DNA of 61,074 bases, counting the filler, from a bacterium (GTDB taxonomy: Bacteria > UBP15 > UBA6099 > JAJRTR01): NCBI GenBank assembly GCA_024278215.1. It is 6 parts of 6 records of this genome, joined end to end, with 100 filler letters (N's around TTAATTAATTAA, not from the genome) between each part and the next. Parts side by side here need not be neighbours in the genome. Positions count along the whole stretch, not along the records: positions 37,960 to 43,183 come from JAJRTR010000122.1; positions 43,284 to 50,432 come from JAJRTR010000125.1; 4 more parts are not named here. One strand, 5' to 3'. Of the stretch, positions 39,228 to 48,000 are shown one piece after another; the stretch's first letter is position 1, and every line of letters starts with the position of its first letter. The position numbers and the translations under genes were made by a program. A model generated the notes under the pieces. It was not told the origin of the DNA and ran no database searches. It was given only the letters and a program-made list of their open reading frames with translations.

Positions 39228-39953
39228 ATGTATTGTTCACACTGTGGGGCGCAGAACCCGGAAGACTCGAAGGAATGTATCGAGTGCGGCAGGACGATAG
39301 GCCACAAAAAGAAAGAGACAGCTTCCGCGGATGAACCTGTGCCCGTGCTGTCGGAGCAGGAGCCACGCGCCGAACCGGCGGCGTCACACGCGGCGGGACA
39401 CATTTTCTGTCCCTATTGCGGCATGAAAAACAGCGGCGGCGACAGCAATTGCGCGGCTTGTGGAAGACCGTTGCGAGCGTTGACGGGACAGGATAATGCT
39501 CGAACGGGAGCAGGCGGGCAATACGGCGCGGCACAACCGGGCCGGCAACCCCCGCCCGGCGGCTACGGCCAATATCAGCAATACGCACCACCGGGCGCAC
39601 CGCCCCAGAGTACGCTCGTGCAGCTCAAAGACTACTTCATTCACAACCTGATCATAACTATCGTTTCTTTCATTTGTTGTTGCCAGCCTATTTCATTCAT
39701 ACTCGGCATCATCGGCATGGTCATCTCGAACAGTGCGAAAAACAAACTTTCTTTCGGCGACATAAACGGTGCTGAAGACAGCGCGAATACTGCAAAGATA
39801 CTTTTTTACATCAGTCTCGCTTTCATTCTGATCTCCATTATCGGCTCGATACTTTACCTGTTTTTCGTAATTGGATTCTCCTCGTTCGCAGGCACTTTCG
39901 AAGGAGCCATGAACAACATGGGACACATGAACCAGCAGTTGAATTCGTTTTGA
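39228..39953 (+). CDS. CD225/dispanin family protein with two zinc ribbons and a Pro/Gly/Gln-rich linker
   Basis: CSHCG...CIECG and CPYCG...CAACG; DYFIHNLIITIVSFICCCQP...LGIIGMV...GDINGAEDSANTAK. Confidence 0.85.
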   Translation: MYCSHCGAQNPEDSKECIECGRTIGHKKKETASADEPVPVLSEQEPRAEPAASHAAGHIFCPYCGMKNSGGDSNCAACGRPLRALTGQDNARTGAGGQYGAAQPGRQPPPGGYGQYQQYAPPGAPPQSTLVQLKDYFIHNLIITIVSFICCCQPISFILGIIGMVISNSAKNKLSFGDINGAEDSANTAKILFYISLAFILISIIGSILYLFFVIGFSSFAGTFEGAMNNMGHMNQQLNSF

Positions 39954-39977
39954 TCAGGAGGGGGTGCCGACAATAAG

Positions 39978-40427
39978 ATGGAAAGGTTAAAGCGCCGGTA
40001 TATCGCAACGGAGCGAAGCACGACGGCGACCACCGAATTGTGGAAGTGGCTTTTTGTATTAACTACGCTCGGACTGTTGCTGTTTTTCCATTTTATAGAT
40101 CCTCTGGCACAAAGGATATTGCCGCCGTGCATGTTTCACTATATTACGGGGCTGTATTGTCCGGGTTGCGGAGCGGCGAGGGCGTTTCATGCGCTCGCCA
40201 ACGGCGACATCGCTGCTGCCGCCGGGTATAATGCGCTTCTTGTCTTTTTCCTGATTGCCGGTTTCGTTTGTTTCGCGGCAGATCAGGTCCTTGCGCTGTC
40301 GGGGCGTCGGGGATTGCGTTCATACAGTATTACCACACGCACCGGCTGGATTATTGTAGCGGTCATTATCCTTTTCGGAATATTAAGAAACATCCCTGTT
40401 TTCCCGTTTACAATACTTGCGCCGTAA
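39978..40427 (+). CDS. DUF2752 membrane protein
   Basis: CMFHYITGLYCPGCGAARAFHALANGD...YNAL; FGILRN. Confidence 0.9.
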   Translation: MERLKRRYIATERSTTATTELWKWLFVLTTLGLLLFFHFIDPLAQRILPPCMFHYITGLYCPGCGAARAFHALANGDIAAAAGYNALLVFFLIAGFVCFAADQVLALSGRRGLRSYSITTRTGWIIVAVIILFGILRNIPVFPFTILAP

Positions 40428-40623
40428 CTCTTTTCAGTATAGCGGTTATCAATAGAGCCAATTGCGTATGTAAAATAGAACCGGCTATATGCTTGAGAAT
40501 AAAAGATAAAAGGACCGAAAAACGGCTGGAGTTCGTTCAAAGAGGAAGGGCGAGAAAATTAGACCCACAGGCGGAATACAGTTCCGTATATGACGAAAGA
40601 TGGTGTCTTTCTATAAACATAAA

Positions 40624-41334
40624 TTAACAGATACAGCTTTCGTATTCTTTGAATTCGTCGCGTGTGCCGATGTCTGATGTGTGGCCGCGGACAGCCATTG
40701 CGCCTGTCGGGACACCGCGCTGTATCATGTTGTTGACTGCCACAGGGAGCTCGTATTCGCCTCGTGGGCTCTTCCCGAGTGATTTCAATTCGTTAAATAT
40801 TATCGGTCTGAGAATGAACAGTCCGCGATGGTTCCAGAATGTGCGTGATTCGCCCTGCGGCGGTTTTTCGATCAGCGCTTTCACTCGCGGGCCGTCCATA
40901 TATACAGCCGCTCCGGCGAAGGGGTCCAGCACGGGATTCAATGTTATCGAAACGTCATAACGGCCCTTCTCGTGGAAGCGGCGCAGAGCAGCATAATTAT
41001 TGTTGCTCATCAGCACATCACCGAAGCTCAGCATGAAGCAGTTTCCTTGCAGATGTTCTTCCGCGAGCATGAGGGCGTGCCCTGTTCCCAGTTGCTCTTC
41101 CTGCCGGTAATACCGTACTTTCATACCGTTATATTCTATGCCGTAATGAACTGCTATCTGATCGCCGAGGTATCCGATAACGAGAGAAACATCGTCGACA
41201 CCGGCGGAGGCGAAACCGTCGAGTATATAATCGAGAATCGGTTTGCCCGCCAGTTTCAGCAGCGGTTTGGGCGTGTCGTTCGTCCAGGGGCGCAGGCGCG
41301 TGCCCCTGCCTGCCGCGAGTATAATCCCCTTCAT
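40624..41334 (-). CDS. Sugar-1-phosphate nucleotidyltransferase
   Basis: ILAAGRGTRLRP...PKPLL, QLGTGHAL, SPRGEYEL, DIG; ATGA overlap with the kinase stop. Confidence 0.92.
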   Translation of the reverse strand: MKGIILAAGRGTRLRPWTNDTPKPLLKLAGKPILDYILDGFASAGVDDVSLVIGYLGDQIAVHYGIEYNGMKVRYYRQEEQLGTGHALMLAEEHLQGNCFMLSFGDVLMSNNNYAALRRFHEKGRYDVSITLNPVLDPFAGAAVYMDGPRVKALIEKPPQGESRTFWNHRGLFILRPIIFNELKSLGKSPRGEYELPVAVNNMIQRGVPTGAMAVRGHTSDIGTRDEFKEYESCIC

Positions 41335-42425
41335 GCCGGTTCCTCCCTGACACCTTCGCAAATGTTTATATGAATTGGCGTGCCGCCCGCGGATTCTATC
41401 GACAACGCGACGGCCTCCTTCTTATCCGCGGGTGCGTAGGCGAACATGCAGCCACCGCCGCCCGAGCCGTTGACTTTCGCGCCGTACGCGCCGCCTTCGA
41501 GCGCGGCGAGCACCATCGAGTCGATCTTCGGTGTGGACACTTCCAGGTATTTGCTGAGGTACTCGTGCTGCTCGGTGATCAACATGCCGACGGCGGCCGG
41601 CTCGACGTTCATACCTTCGAACATACGTGTCGCCTCGCGCGTGATGTCTCTGTTGGCAAGATTTGCCGCGACCGCTTTCCTGCACGCTTCGGGCGCGTCC
41701 GCAACAGATTGTTTCGCCGCCTCGCCCGCAATAGTATGCCAGTTCGCATCGGGTATTTTCCGGCGGATATGATCAAGACCTCCGGTGGCGAGTTCGCGCA
41801 CAGCGGCGAGCACTTTCGTCGTATTCTTTCCTTCGTGCGAATCGCCGAGTATGAAGCAGCCGTCGAGCGCCGAAGGCAATTGCACGGCGGCGTAGTTGTC
41901 CTGCGTTTTTATAAAGATAGTGCCGCCCAGCGCCGATGCGAAGTGGTCCATCATTCCCCCGGGCTCGTCGAATGCGACAACTTCCGCGCGATATGCGAGT
42001 TGCGCTACATCCTGCGCTTCAAGCGCTTTGCCCTTAGTTGCAATCTTCGACAGCATCATTATCCATGCGACAACTATCGCCGACGAACTGCCGCAGCCTT
42101 TACCCGCGGGGATACTGCTCGTTAGCGTGATATCGTATCCATTATCGAACTCGTAGCCTTCGCGCAACATCACGTTTACGGCGCTGCGCAAGTAATCGCG
42201 TTCCTTTTCACAGGGTGCCTCCGAGCGCGGGTCGATTGTGTCTGCAACGCCGACGCCCGGCATGTTAATATTGAAAACGCCACTGTCGCTGCGAGTGGCC
42301 GCCAGCCGCGCCCTGAGATCGATTGCAGCGGCGATTACCGGCAATCCGAGGTAGTCCTGGTGTTCGCCGAACAGGCATATACGCGCCGGCGCCGAAACTA
42401 CTATTTCACCTTTTTCATTTTTCAT
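41331..42425 (-). CDS. GHMP family sugar kinase (galactokinase-like)
   Basis: SAPARICLFGEHQDY, IPAGKGCGSSSA, GMMD, GAKVNGSGGGGC. Confidence 0.92.
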   Translation of the reverse strand: MKNEKGEIVVSAPARICLFGEHQDYLGLPVIAAAIDLRARLAATRSDSGVFNINMPGVGVADTIDPRSEAPCEKERDYLRSAVNVMLREGYEFDNGYDITLTSSIPAGKGCGSSSAIVVAWIMMLSKIATKGKALEAQDVAQLAYRAEVVAFDEPGGMMDHFASALGGTIFIKTQDNYAAVQLPSALDGCFILGDSHEGKNTTKVLAAVRELATGGLDHIRRKIPDANWHTIAGEAAKQSVADAPEACRKAVAANLANRDITREATRMFEGMNVEPAAVGMLITEQHEYLSKYLEVSTPKIDSMVLAALEGGAYGAKVNGSGGGGCMFAYAPADKKEAVALSIESAGGTPIHINICEGVREEPA

Positions 42426-42630
42426 TTTGCTATTTATCCATTTCCGGGAATCTCTTGAATGTATCTTTCAAGGTCGAATAAAGTTCCTTCCTTCCGGTAC
42501 CCGTTTTCAATTATATCGGAACAATGACTGTATATCCACGCCTGAGGCGACCCGGCTGGTATACACGATCAGGTGAAAAACCATGAATATCGCCAATGGA
42601 TTAGAAGAGATACGGAGTTAAATCATGGTG

Positions 42631-42821
42631 AGTATCTTACGACTGTAATTCTACGCAGGATGGTAAAGAAATGCTGAAAAGAGATTGGTGAAAGCTGGAG
42701 CTTCCAGTTACAGGCGTTTCCGAGGTAGACCTTGGAAACGATGAAACTCTGTGTGCCGTGCTCAAACTGCATTTGTTTAGGCACGAAAATGCGGCCTGTT
42801 TGGTTCCGGCTTTGCCGGGTT
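42631..42821 (-). repeat. Family C repeat, copy 2
   Basis: Inverted near-copy of 18058-18239 with an extra 9 nt (CTTGGAAAC) that completes a hairpin. Confidence 0.85.
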
Positions 42822-43283
42822 AGGATTTTGCCTTCATGAAGCGGCGGCGGCAGTGGTTTCAGATTCAACATAAGGGTATTTTATGAGATTAAGAAAAAGG
42901 AGTAAGGCATCGACACCGGCTCAACCGGCAAAGCCATCGAGCAAGTCGATAGAAATAAAATCGCACAGAAAAAAAAGAACCGGAACAGTCGCCCAATATT
43001 CTCAATTCACGGCCCCAAAATTCTTTCGATTCATGACACAAGATTGATTCGTGTGTAAAAAGCCGCGGATGACATTTGTCAACGGACAATAAGCGACGAT
43101 AGCGAACTCGTAAAGAACGTTTTTGCGTATTTCCGACGACTTTAAAAACAACGCCTGAATTGAAAATGACTAATTACACGCGANNNNNNNNNNNNNNNNN
43201 NNNNNNNNNNNNNNNNNNNNNNNNNNNTTAATTAATTAANNNNNNNNNNNNNNNNNNNNNNNNNNNNNNNNNNNNNNNNNNNN

Positions 43284-43520
43284 CTGGGACCGCTGGATGC
43301 TGAAAGAATGATATGGGAGATAAAGTCGAAAAAGATTCTCTGCTCTTTTCGCGGCATGCCGCCCGCGGACTCACGGGCCGTCGAGGATGTGTTGCTTCGG
43401 CTGTCGTCCCTTGTCCGGAAGTTCCCCGAAATCCGCGAACTGGACATCAATCCGCTGGCAGTGTTCCCGGAAGGTAAAGGGTGCGCGGCAGTGGATGCGC
43501 GGATTGTTCTTTCCACCTGA
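43284..43520 (+). CDS. C-terminal fragment of an acetate/acyl-CoA ligase (ADP-forming), ATP-grasp domain
   Basis: FRGMPPAD...LLRLS...PEIRELDINPL...AVDARI; 5' end lost at the contig start. Confidence 0.88.
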   Translation: MGPLDAERMIWEIKSKKILCSFRGMPPADSRAVEDVLLRLSSLVRKFPEIRELDINPLAVFPEGKGCAAVDARIVLST

Positions 43521-43543
43521 TGAAATAAGGTGGGGCCTGTGGC

Positions 43544-43570
43544 AACCCGCATATTTCACCAATGCGGGTT
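43544..43570. repeat. Stand-alone REP-like palindrome between convergent genes
   Basis: AACCCGCAT-atttcacca-ATGCGGGTT; same family as 1916-1950. Confidence 0.8.
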
Positions 43571-43600
43571 AAGTAAATGGTATTTGGGCCTGACTGCGTC

Positions 43601-45982
43601 TCAATCCTGCTCGAACTCGACACAAAGATGCGTCTCGCCGTCCATATCGAATTCGATGTAATAATAATCATTTTGTTCTTTGATCGGTATCGTTTCGTGC
43701 GTTCTGTTTATGGTCGCGCGCATCGGACTGTATCCCCGCGGTATGCAGAGATAGACACGGCCTCTGCGCTGCCCCGGTAGTGAAAAGGTGATGTCGAGTG
43801 CGCGCTTGCGCGCGTCGTAGTTTTGCGCCGTCATGTCGACGCCGCCCTGTGTGAAATGGAATGTCGAAGCCACGACATGCGGCACGTCCCGCACAGGCCG
43901 AAGCGACAGCATACGCGACGCATGGCCCGGCACGCGCGGGAGTGTGATCATCCCTTTGTTGCGACCGTAATACCTGTCTTCCCACAGTTCATAAACATGA
44001 TATTCGGTGTCGGCGGCAAGCCCGATTTTGTCGAAATATACGGGCAGGTCCGCAGTGTACGAACTCCAGTTGAAACGCGCGACGACTGTCGGACTGTCGT
44101 AATCCCTGTCGAACGGCAGCACAAGCGTCGCGGCGATATCCGAGTCGAAAAGATCGACGGGAACAGCGGGTGTGTCCACGGGCGGAATAAGTTTTTGCGC
44201 GAGCGCGACACCGGATTCGCCGAGCGCGGCGAGGTTGTCGCTGATGAACAGCGCCCCCCCGGCCATCGCGACACAGGCCGCGTGAGTGAGCACTTCGTCG
44301 GCACTTAGTTTTGTGTCGTCGAAACGCGACATGAGACAATCGGGGTCGCCAAGGAACCAGCGCCTGTGCATAAAGTATCTGGCAAACATTACGCGGGCGG
44401 CATTGGGCACGCCCGGCGCGGCTTTGTGACCGATAACATCCGACACCAGCGGCTCGTCCCAACTGGGAGAAGTGTCGCCGGCGATCCGCGCTCCGTTCAC
44501 AATGCCGAGAGCGGGCCCGAGCGGAACGCCACAGCCGAGGATGTATGTGTCGTCGCCGACGGCCTCACGAATCGCCTCGAGCCCGCGCCTGAACGCCTGG
44601 GCACGCGTCGCGTCGCTGTCATATCTTACGCCGTCGATCGCACCCGCATAGAGAAAGTCCAGTTTCAGATATTCAAAGCCCCATTTGTTTACAATCGTGT
44701 CGAACGTGTTATTAAGCCACCGGATGACTTCCGGATGTGTAGTGTCGAGACAATAGACACTCCCGAACGCATAGGGAGAAGTCCAGAATGTCGTCCAGCG
44801 TGGTTTTCCTTTTTTATTTTTTACGAACCAGCCGGGGTGTTCCCTGAACAGCCTGCTGCGGCCTGTGGCCATGAACGGCGCGAGCCATATCCCAGGCCGG
44901 AAGCCTGCGCCGCGGATTTTATTTGCAAGCCACAACATGCCGTGCGGGAACTTTTTCGTTGTTTCGAGCCAGTCGCCGGGTGCGGGCTGGTAGCCGTCGT
45001 CCACCTGGAATACATCTATCGGCAGCCTGTTTTTCAATTCTTTCGCGGCTTCGAGATTCTGCAATATTACTTTCTCCGTCATGTCGTGGAAGTAGTAGTA
45101 CCACGAGCACCAGCCGACGGGGTTGGCGGGCATGGACGGGGGCGGTGTTTTCGCGGCGGCTCTCGCGGCATAGGCTTTCAGTGGCGTGTCAAACAGCAAC
45201 GTGGCGCTGTCGTCGCCGGAGGCGAGCCGCGGCACTATAAGAAACTCTTCAGCGTTTAAAGTATCGCCACTCGACACCTTATTGTTCTCGCCATGCGAAA
45301 CCGCCCGCAGATGATGAAAGAAGCCGTAGCGCGACTTGAACGAAACCTGCGAAAGCTGATCTTTTATAGTCGTGAAGCCTACTACAATTGTGCTTCCGTC
45401 CGCTTCACGGACGGCGCCGAAGCATTCACCGATGAAATGGCCCCTCGCGGGCGGAAACGCCACTGTGGAGTTTTCCGTCATGTCGTGAACGAACTTCAGC
45501 CGCGGACCGCATAATCGTTCGTCGTCCCTTTTAGTCCCCGAACAACTCCATGTCAGAAAACCGTTGCGCAGGAAACTGTAGCCGTGTTTGCCGCCGTAAC
45601 CGAAGAGATGCGCTCCACCACGGCGTTCGAGTATCAGAGGAAAGAAGTCTATACCGCTTATCGCCGACTCGCTTTTGTTTTCTATCGAGAGTGCGACCGT
45701 GAACGCGGGAGTGTCGCCGATTGTCACTCCCTCGAACACGAGAGTGAGCACGCAGGGGACGACATCGAACCTGTGAGTAGCGGCAAGACGTGAGTTTTCC
45801 CTGTGTATATCGATACTCGAGGCGTTATTTGTTGTTATGCGTTTTTTTCTGCCTGCGATTTTCACACCGGCGACAGCGCCGTCGAGCACGACCCTTTTCG
45901 CGGCTGTGTCCTCGATGCTGTATGTGCCGACCGCATTGTCGTATGTAAGTTTGAGATGCCCCCGCCGGATTGATTCCTTCAT
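43601..45982 (-). CDS. Alpha-galactosidase-like glycoside hydrolase (GH36)
   Basis: GWCSWY, FQVDDGYQ, KFPHG, GIWLAPF, LDTTHP, YLKLDF, RIAGD, DPDCL. Start set at MKESIRR (GAGGG RBS; TGTTATAAT at 46010-46018). Confidence 0.9.
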   Translation of the reverse strand: MKESIRRGHLKLTYDNAVGTYSIEDTAAKRVVLDGAVAGVKIAGRKKRITTNNASSIDIHRENSRLAATHRFDVVPCVLTLVFEGVTIGDTPAFTVALSIENKSESAISGIDFFPLILERRGGAHLFGYGGKHGYSFLRNGFLTWSCSGTKRDDERLCGPRLKFVHDMTENSTVAFPPARGHFIGECFGAVREADGSTIVVGFTTIKDQLSQVSFKSRYGFFHHLRAVSHGENNKVSSGDTLNAEEFLIVPRLASGDDSATLLFDTPLKAYAARAAAKTPPPSMPANPVGWCSWYYYFHDMTEKVILQNLEAAKELKNRLPIDVFQVDDGYQPAPGDWLETTKKFPHGMLWLANKIRGAGFRPGIWLAPFMATGRSRLFREHPGWFVKNKKGKPRWTTFWTSPYAFGSVYCLDTTHPEVIRWLNNTFDTIVNKWGFEYLKLDFLYAGAIDGVRYDSDATRAQAFRRGLEAIREAVGDDTYILGCGVPLGPALGIVNGARIAGDTSPSWDEPLVSDVIGHKAAPGVPNAARVMFARYFMHRRWFLGDPDCLMSRFDDTKLSADEVLTHAACVAMAGGALFISDNLAALGESGVALAQKLIPPVDTPAVPVDLFDSDIAATLVLPFDRDYDSPTVVARFNWSSYTADLPVYFDKIGLAADTEYHVYELWEDRYYGRNKGMITLPRVPGHASRMLSLRPVRDVPHVVASTFHFTQGGVDMTAQNYDARKRALDITFSLPGQRRGRVYLCIPRGYSPMRATINRTHETIPIKEQNDYYYIEFDMDGETHLCVEFEQD

Positions 45983-46123
45983 AAATCCCTCGCAAGAAAG
46001 TGTTGTCGAATTATAACAGAACCCGCGGCAAAAGCACAAAATCCGGAATCGTTCAATTGTTGTTTGACTCGCATTTTCATAGTGGATATACTTGCCGTAA
46101 CAGACAATGAAAGGCGAGCGGAG

Positions 46124-46675
46124 ATGCTGTTCGATAAAAAAGGCGGACATAACACCGGCAGGACACTGGACATCGCGCTGGAAGAGGCCGTTAAAAGAGG
46201 TATCGGGTACATTGTCGTCGCGTCAACGAGCGGTGCGACAGGCGTGGTGGCAGCGGAGCGATTTGCGGATTCCGGGATACAGCTTATAGTTGTAGCGCAC
46301 AATACCGGTTTCAAGGCTGAGGGCGAATGGCAGATGGACCCGGAGCGGAAAGCAAAGATCGAAGAGCTCGGCGGCACAGTATACAGAGGTACGATGGTGC
46401 TTCGTGGGCTGGGCACCGCGATAAAGAAAAAGGGTGGCGGCTCGCCGGAGGAACTTGTCGCGAATACGCTGAGAATGTTCGGACAGGGAATGAAAGTATG
46501 TGTCGAGATGGCCGCCATGGCCGCCGATGCGGGGCTTGTGCCTTTCGGCGATGTGATATGTGTCGCGGGCACGGCGAAAGGCGCGGACACCTGCGCGATA
46601 ATCATGGCAAATTCATCGAACAACTTCTTTGATATAAAAGTCAGGGAGATACTTGCAAGACCGGGCAGGTTCTGA
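46124..46675 (+). CDS. Stand-alone pyruvate-kinase alpha/beta (PK_C)-like protein, MTH1675 type
   Basis: NT...VVASTSGATG, ANTLRMFGQGMKVCVEMAAMAADAG, GTAKGADT. Confidence 0.8.
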   Translation: MLFDKKGGHNTGRTLDIALEEAVKRGIGYIVVASTSGATGVVAAERFADSGIQLIVVAHNTGFKAEGEWQMDPERKAKIEELGGTVYRGTMVLRGLGTAIKKKGGGSPEELVANTLRMFGQGMKVCVEMAAMAADAGLVPFGDVICVAGTAKGADTCAIIMANSSNNFFDIKVREILARPGRF

Positions 46676-46733
46676 AAGTCGAGTTTCACATTACCTTATA
46701 TCGGGCTAAACCCGGGACAGGGGCTGAAGACAA

Positions 46734-47027
46734 ATGCCGAAAGTTGCTAAAGCGCTAATAAACTTCATCGACGGATCATACCTGTATGCCGAGCTTTCGA
46801 AAAAGCCTGCTGGGAATGATTCAATGCTGTTGTGTTTCAGGGTTATCGGGATGCCTGAGAATTCACCGAAGGACAAGCCGTCTCTCGCGCTGAATGTCCA
46901 GCGGACAGCCTCGGCGAGCAAAGACAGCGAAACGATGATTCCCATGTCGAGAATACACTGCATCACCATACTGGAAGAATATCTCGGCAAAGATGTGCCC
47001 AACGACATGCAGGAATTATGGAAATAG
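46734..47027 (+). CDS. Hypothetical protein
   Basis: 97-aa ORF co-directional with the upstream gene; fills otherwise empty space. Confidence 0.55.
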   Translation: MPKVAKALINFIDGSYLYAELSKKPAGNDSMLLCFRVIGMPENSPKDKPSLALNVQRTASASKDSETMIPMSRIHCITILEEYLGKDVPNDMQELWK

Positions 47028-47127
47028 GAAGTAGTGCCCGGTTGAAGCCGGAGGAATCAGGGACCTGCGGCTCGCCCGGGACTTGAGCCCGAAAAAGATG
47101 CCGCAGTCGCGGAGAAGGTGCAGGGGC

Positions 47128-47796
47128 TCAATACATTCCGCGTTTTCTGAGAGACCGCTGTTTGTCGAAGATGTATTTAACAATCTTGTCCTGTTCGCCG
47201 GGCCGAATCACTTCATAGTGAATGGTGCTTTCATAGGATACCTGGGCACCTGTCTTCACCTCACTGCAATCCTCGATTTTGCCGACAAGAGTGACCTGAT
47301 CATTGTTTGGGGGCAGACTGTAGTTCAACTCGATGTAGTTGCCGGGTGTAAGTTTCATTATGGTGTAGATCACGGCATCGCCTGGACCGATGGAAATAGT
47401 GTGTCCCTTTTTCATATCGGAAATCGGAGTGACGGGGTCGCGCATGATCCTGTAAGTAAGGGGGACATTGTCCTTGAGGCCGTAGTCGCTACCCTTGGAG
47501 CGGACCTTGAGCTGATCTTCCGGCGGCCTGTTGACCTGGACGCTGGGCGGCTGTCCCGGATGAATGGCGGCGATCGGGGCGGTGAAGCTGATACTCTTTT
47601 TCTCGGCATGAATCGTGAAGTCGGCCGGTGCGTCCTTTTTGAAACATTTCGCGGAGTGTTGAGAGGACGGCATGAAGAAATATATCAGGCTGTCGTTTTT
47701 CCTGCTGATGATGCTGCCGAATGTATATTTTTCACTCAACACATTTATGGATATTTCCACCCTTTGGCGGATGTGTATTTCGTCCCATGCAGACAT
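47128..47796 (-). CDS. YcgR/PilZ-like flagellar brake protein with degenerate c-di-GMP motifs
   Basis: Two-beta-domain layout and the characteristic C-terminus DKIVKYIFDKQRSLRKRG; no RxxxR or (D/N)xSxxG. Confidence 0.7.
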   Translation of the reverse strand: MSAWDEIHIRQRVEISINVLSEKYTFGSIISRKNDSLIYFFMPSSQHSAKCFKKDAPADFTIHAEKKSISFTAPIAAIHPGQPPSVQVNRPPEDQLKVRSKGSDYGLKDNVPLTYRIMRDPVTPISDMKKGHTISIGPGDAVIYTIMKLTPGNYIELNYSLPPNNDQVTLVGKIEDCSEVKTGAQVSYESTIHYEVIRPGEQDKIVKYIFDKQRSLRKRGMY

Positions 47797-48000
47797 AAAT
47801 TTTCCCCCTGTATTGACCGTGTCGAAAATTATGTTATAACAATACCAATGCTTTATTTAAAAGTCAAGCATGTAAGATGCGGCGGGAGTTAGAGAATAGT
47901 GAACCAGCCGGCCCCTCGAGAGCCGGATTTTTCACCTTGTAAGATGTAAAGTTTTCTATCCACCCAACCTCATTTTTCTTATATCTGGAGGTTTAACGAA

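Noticed and set aside
42830-43183. Unassigned A-rich DNA at a contig end
   Set aside because: No convincing ORF, repeat or RNA motif was recognised.
40624-45982. Apparent galactose cluster (GH36, kinase, nucleotidyltransferase)
   Set aside because: GH36 is on a different contig from the kinase pair.
47028-47127. GC-rich intergenic stretch as SRP RNA or a riboswitch
   Set aside because: No SRP helix-8 signature or aptamer consensus found; it lies between convergent stops.
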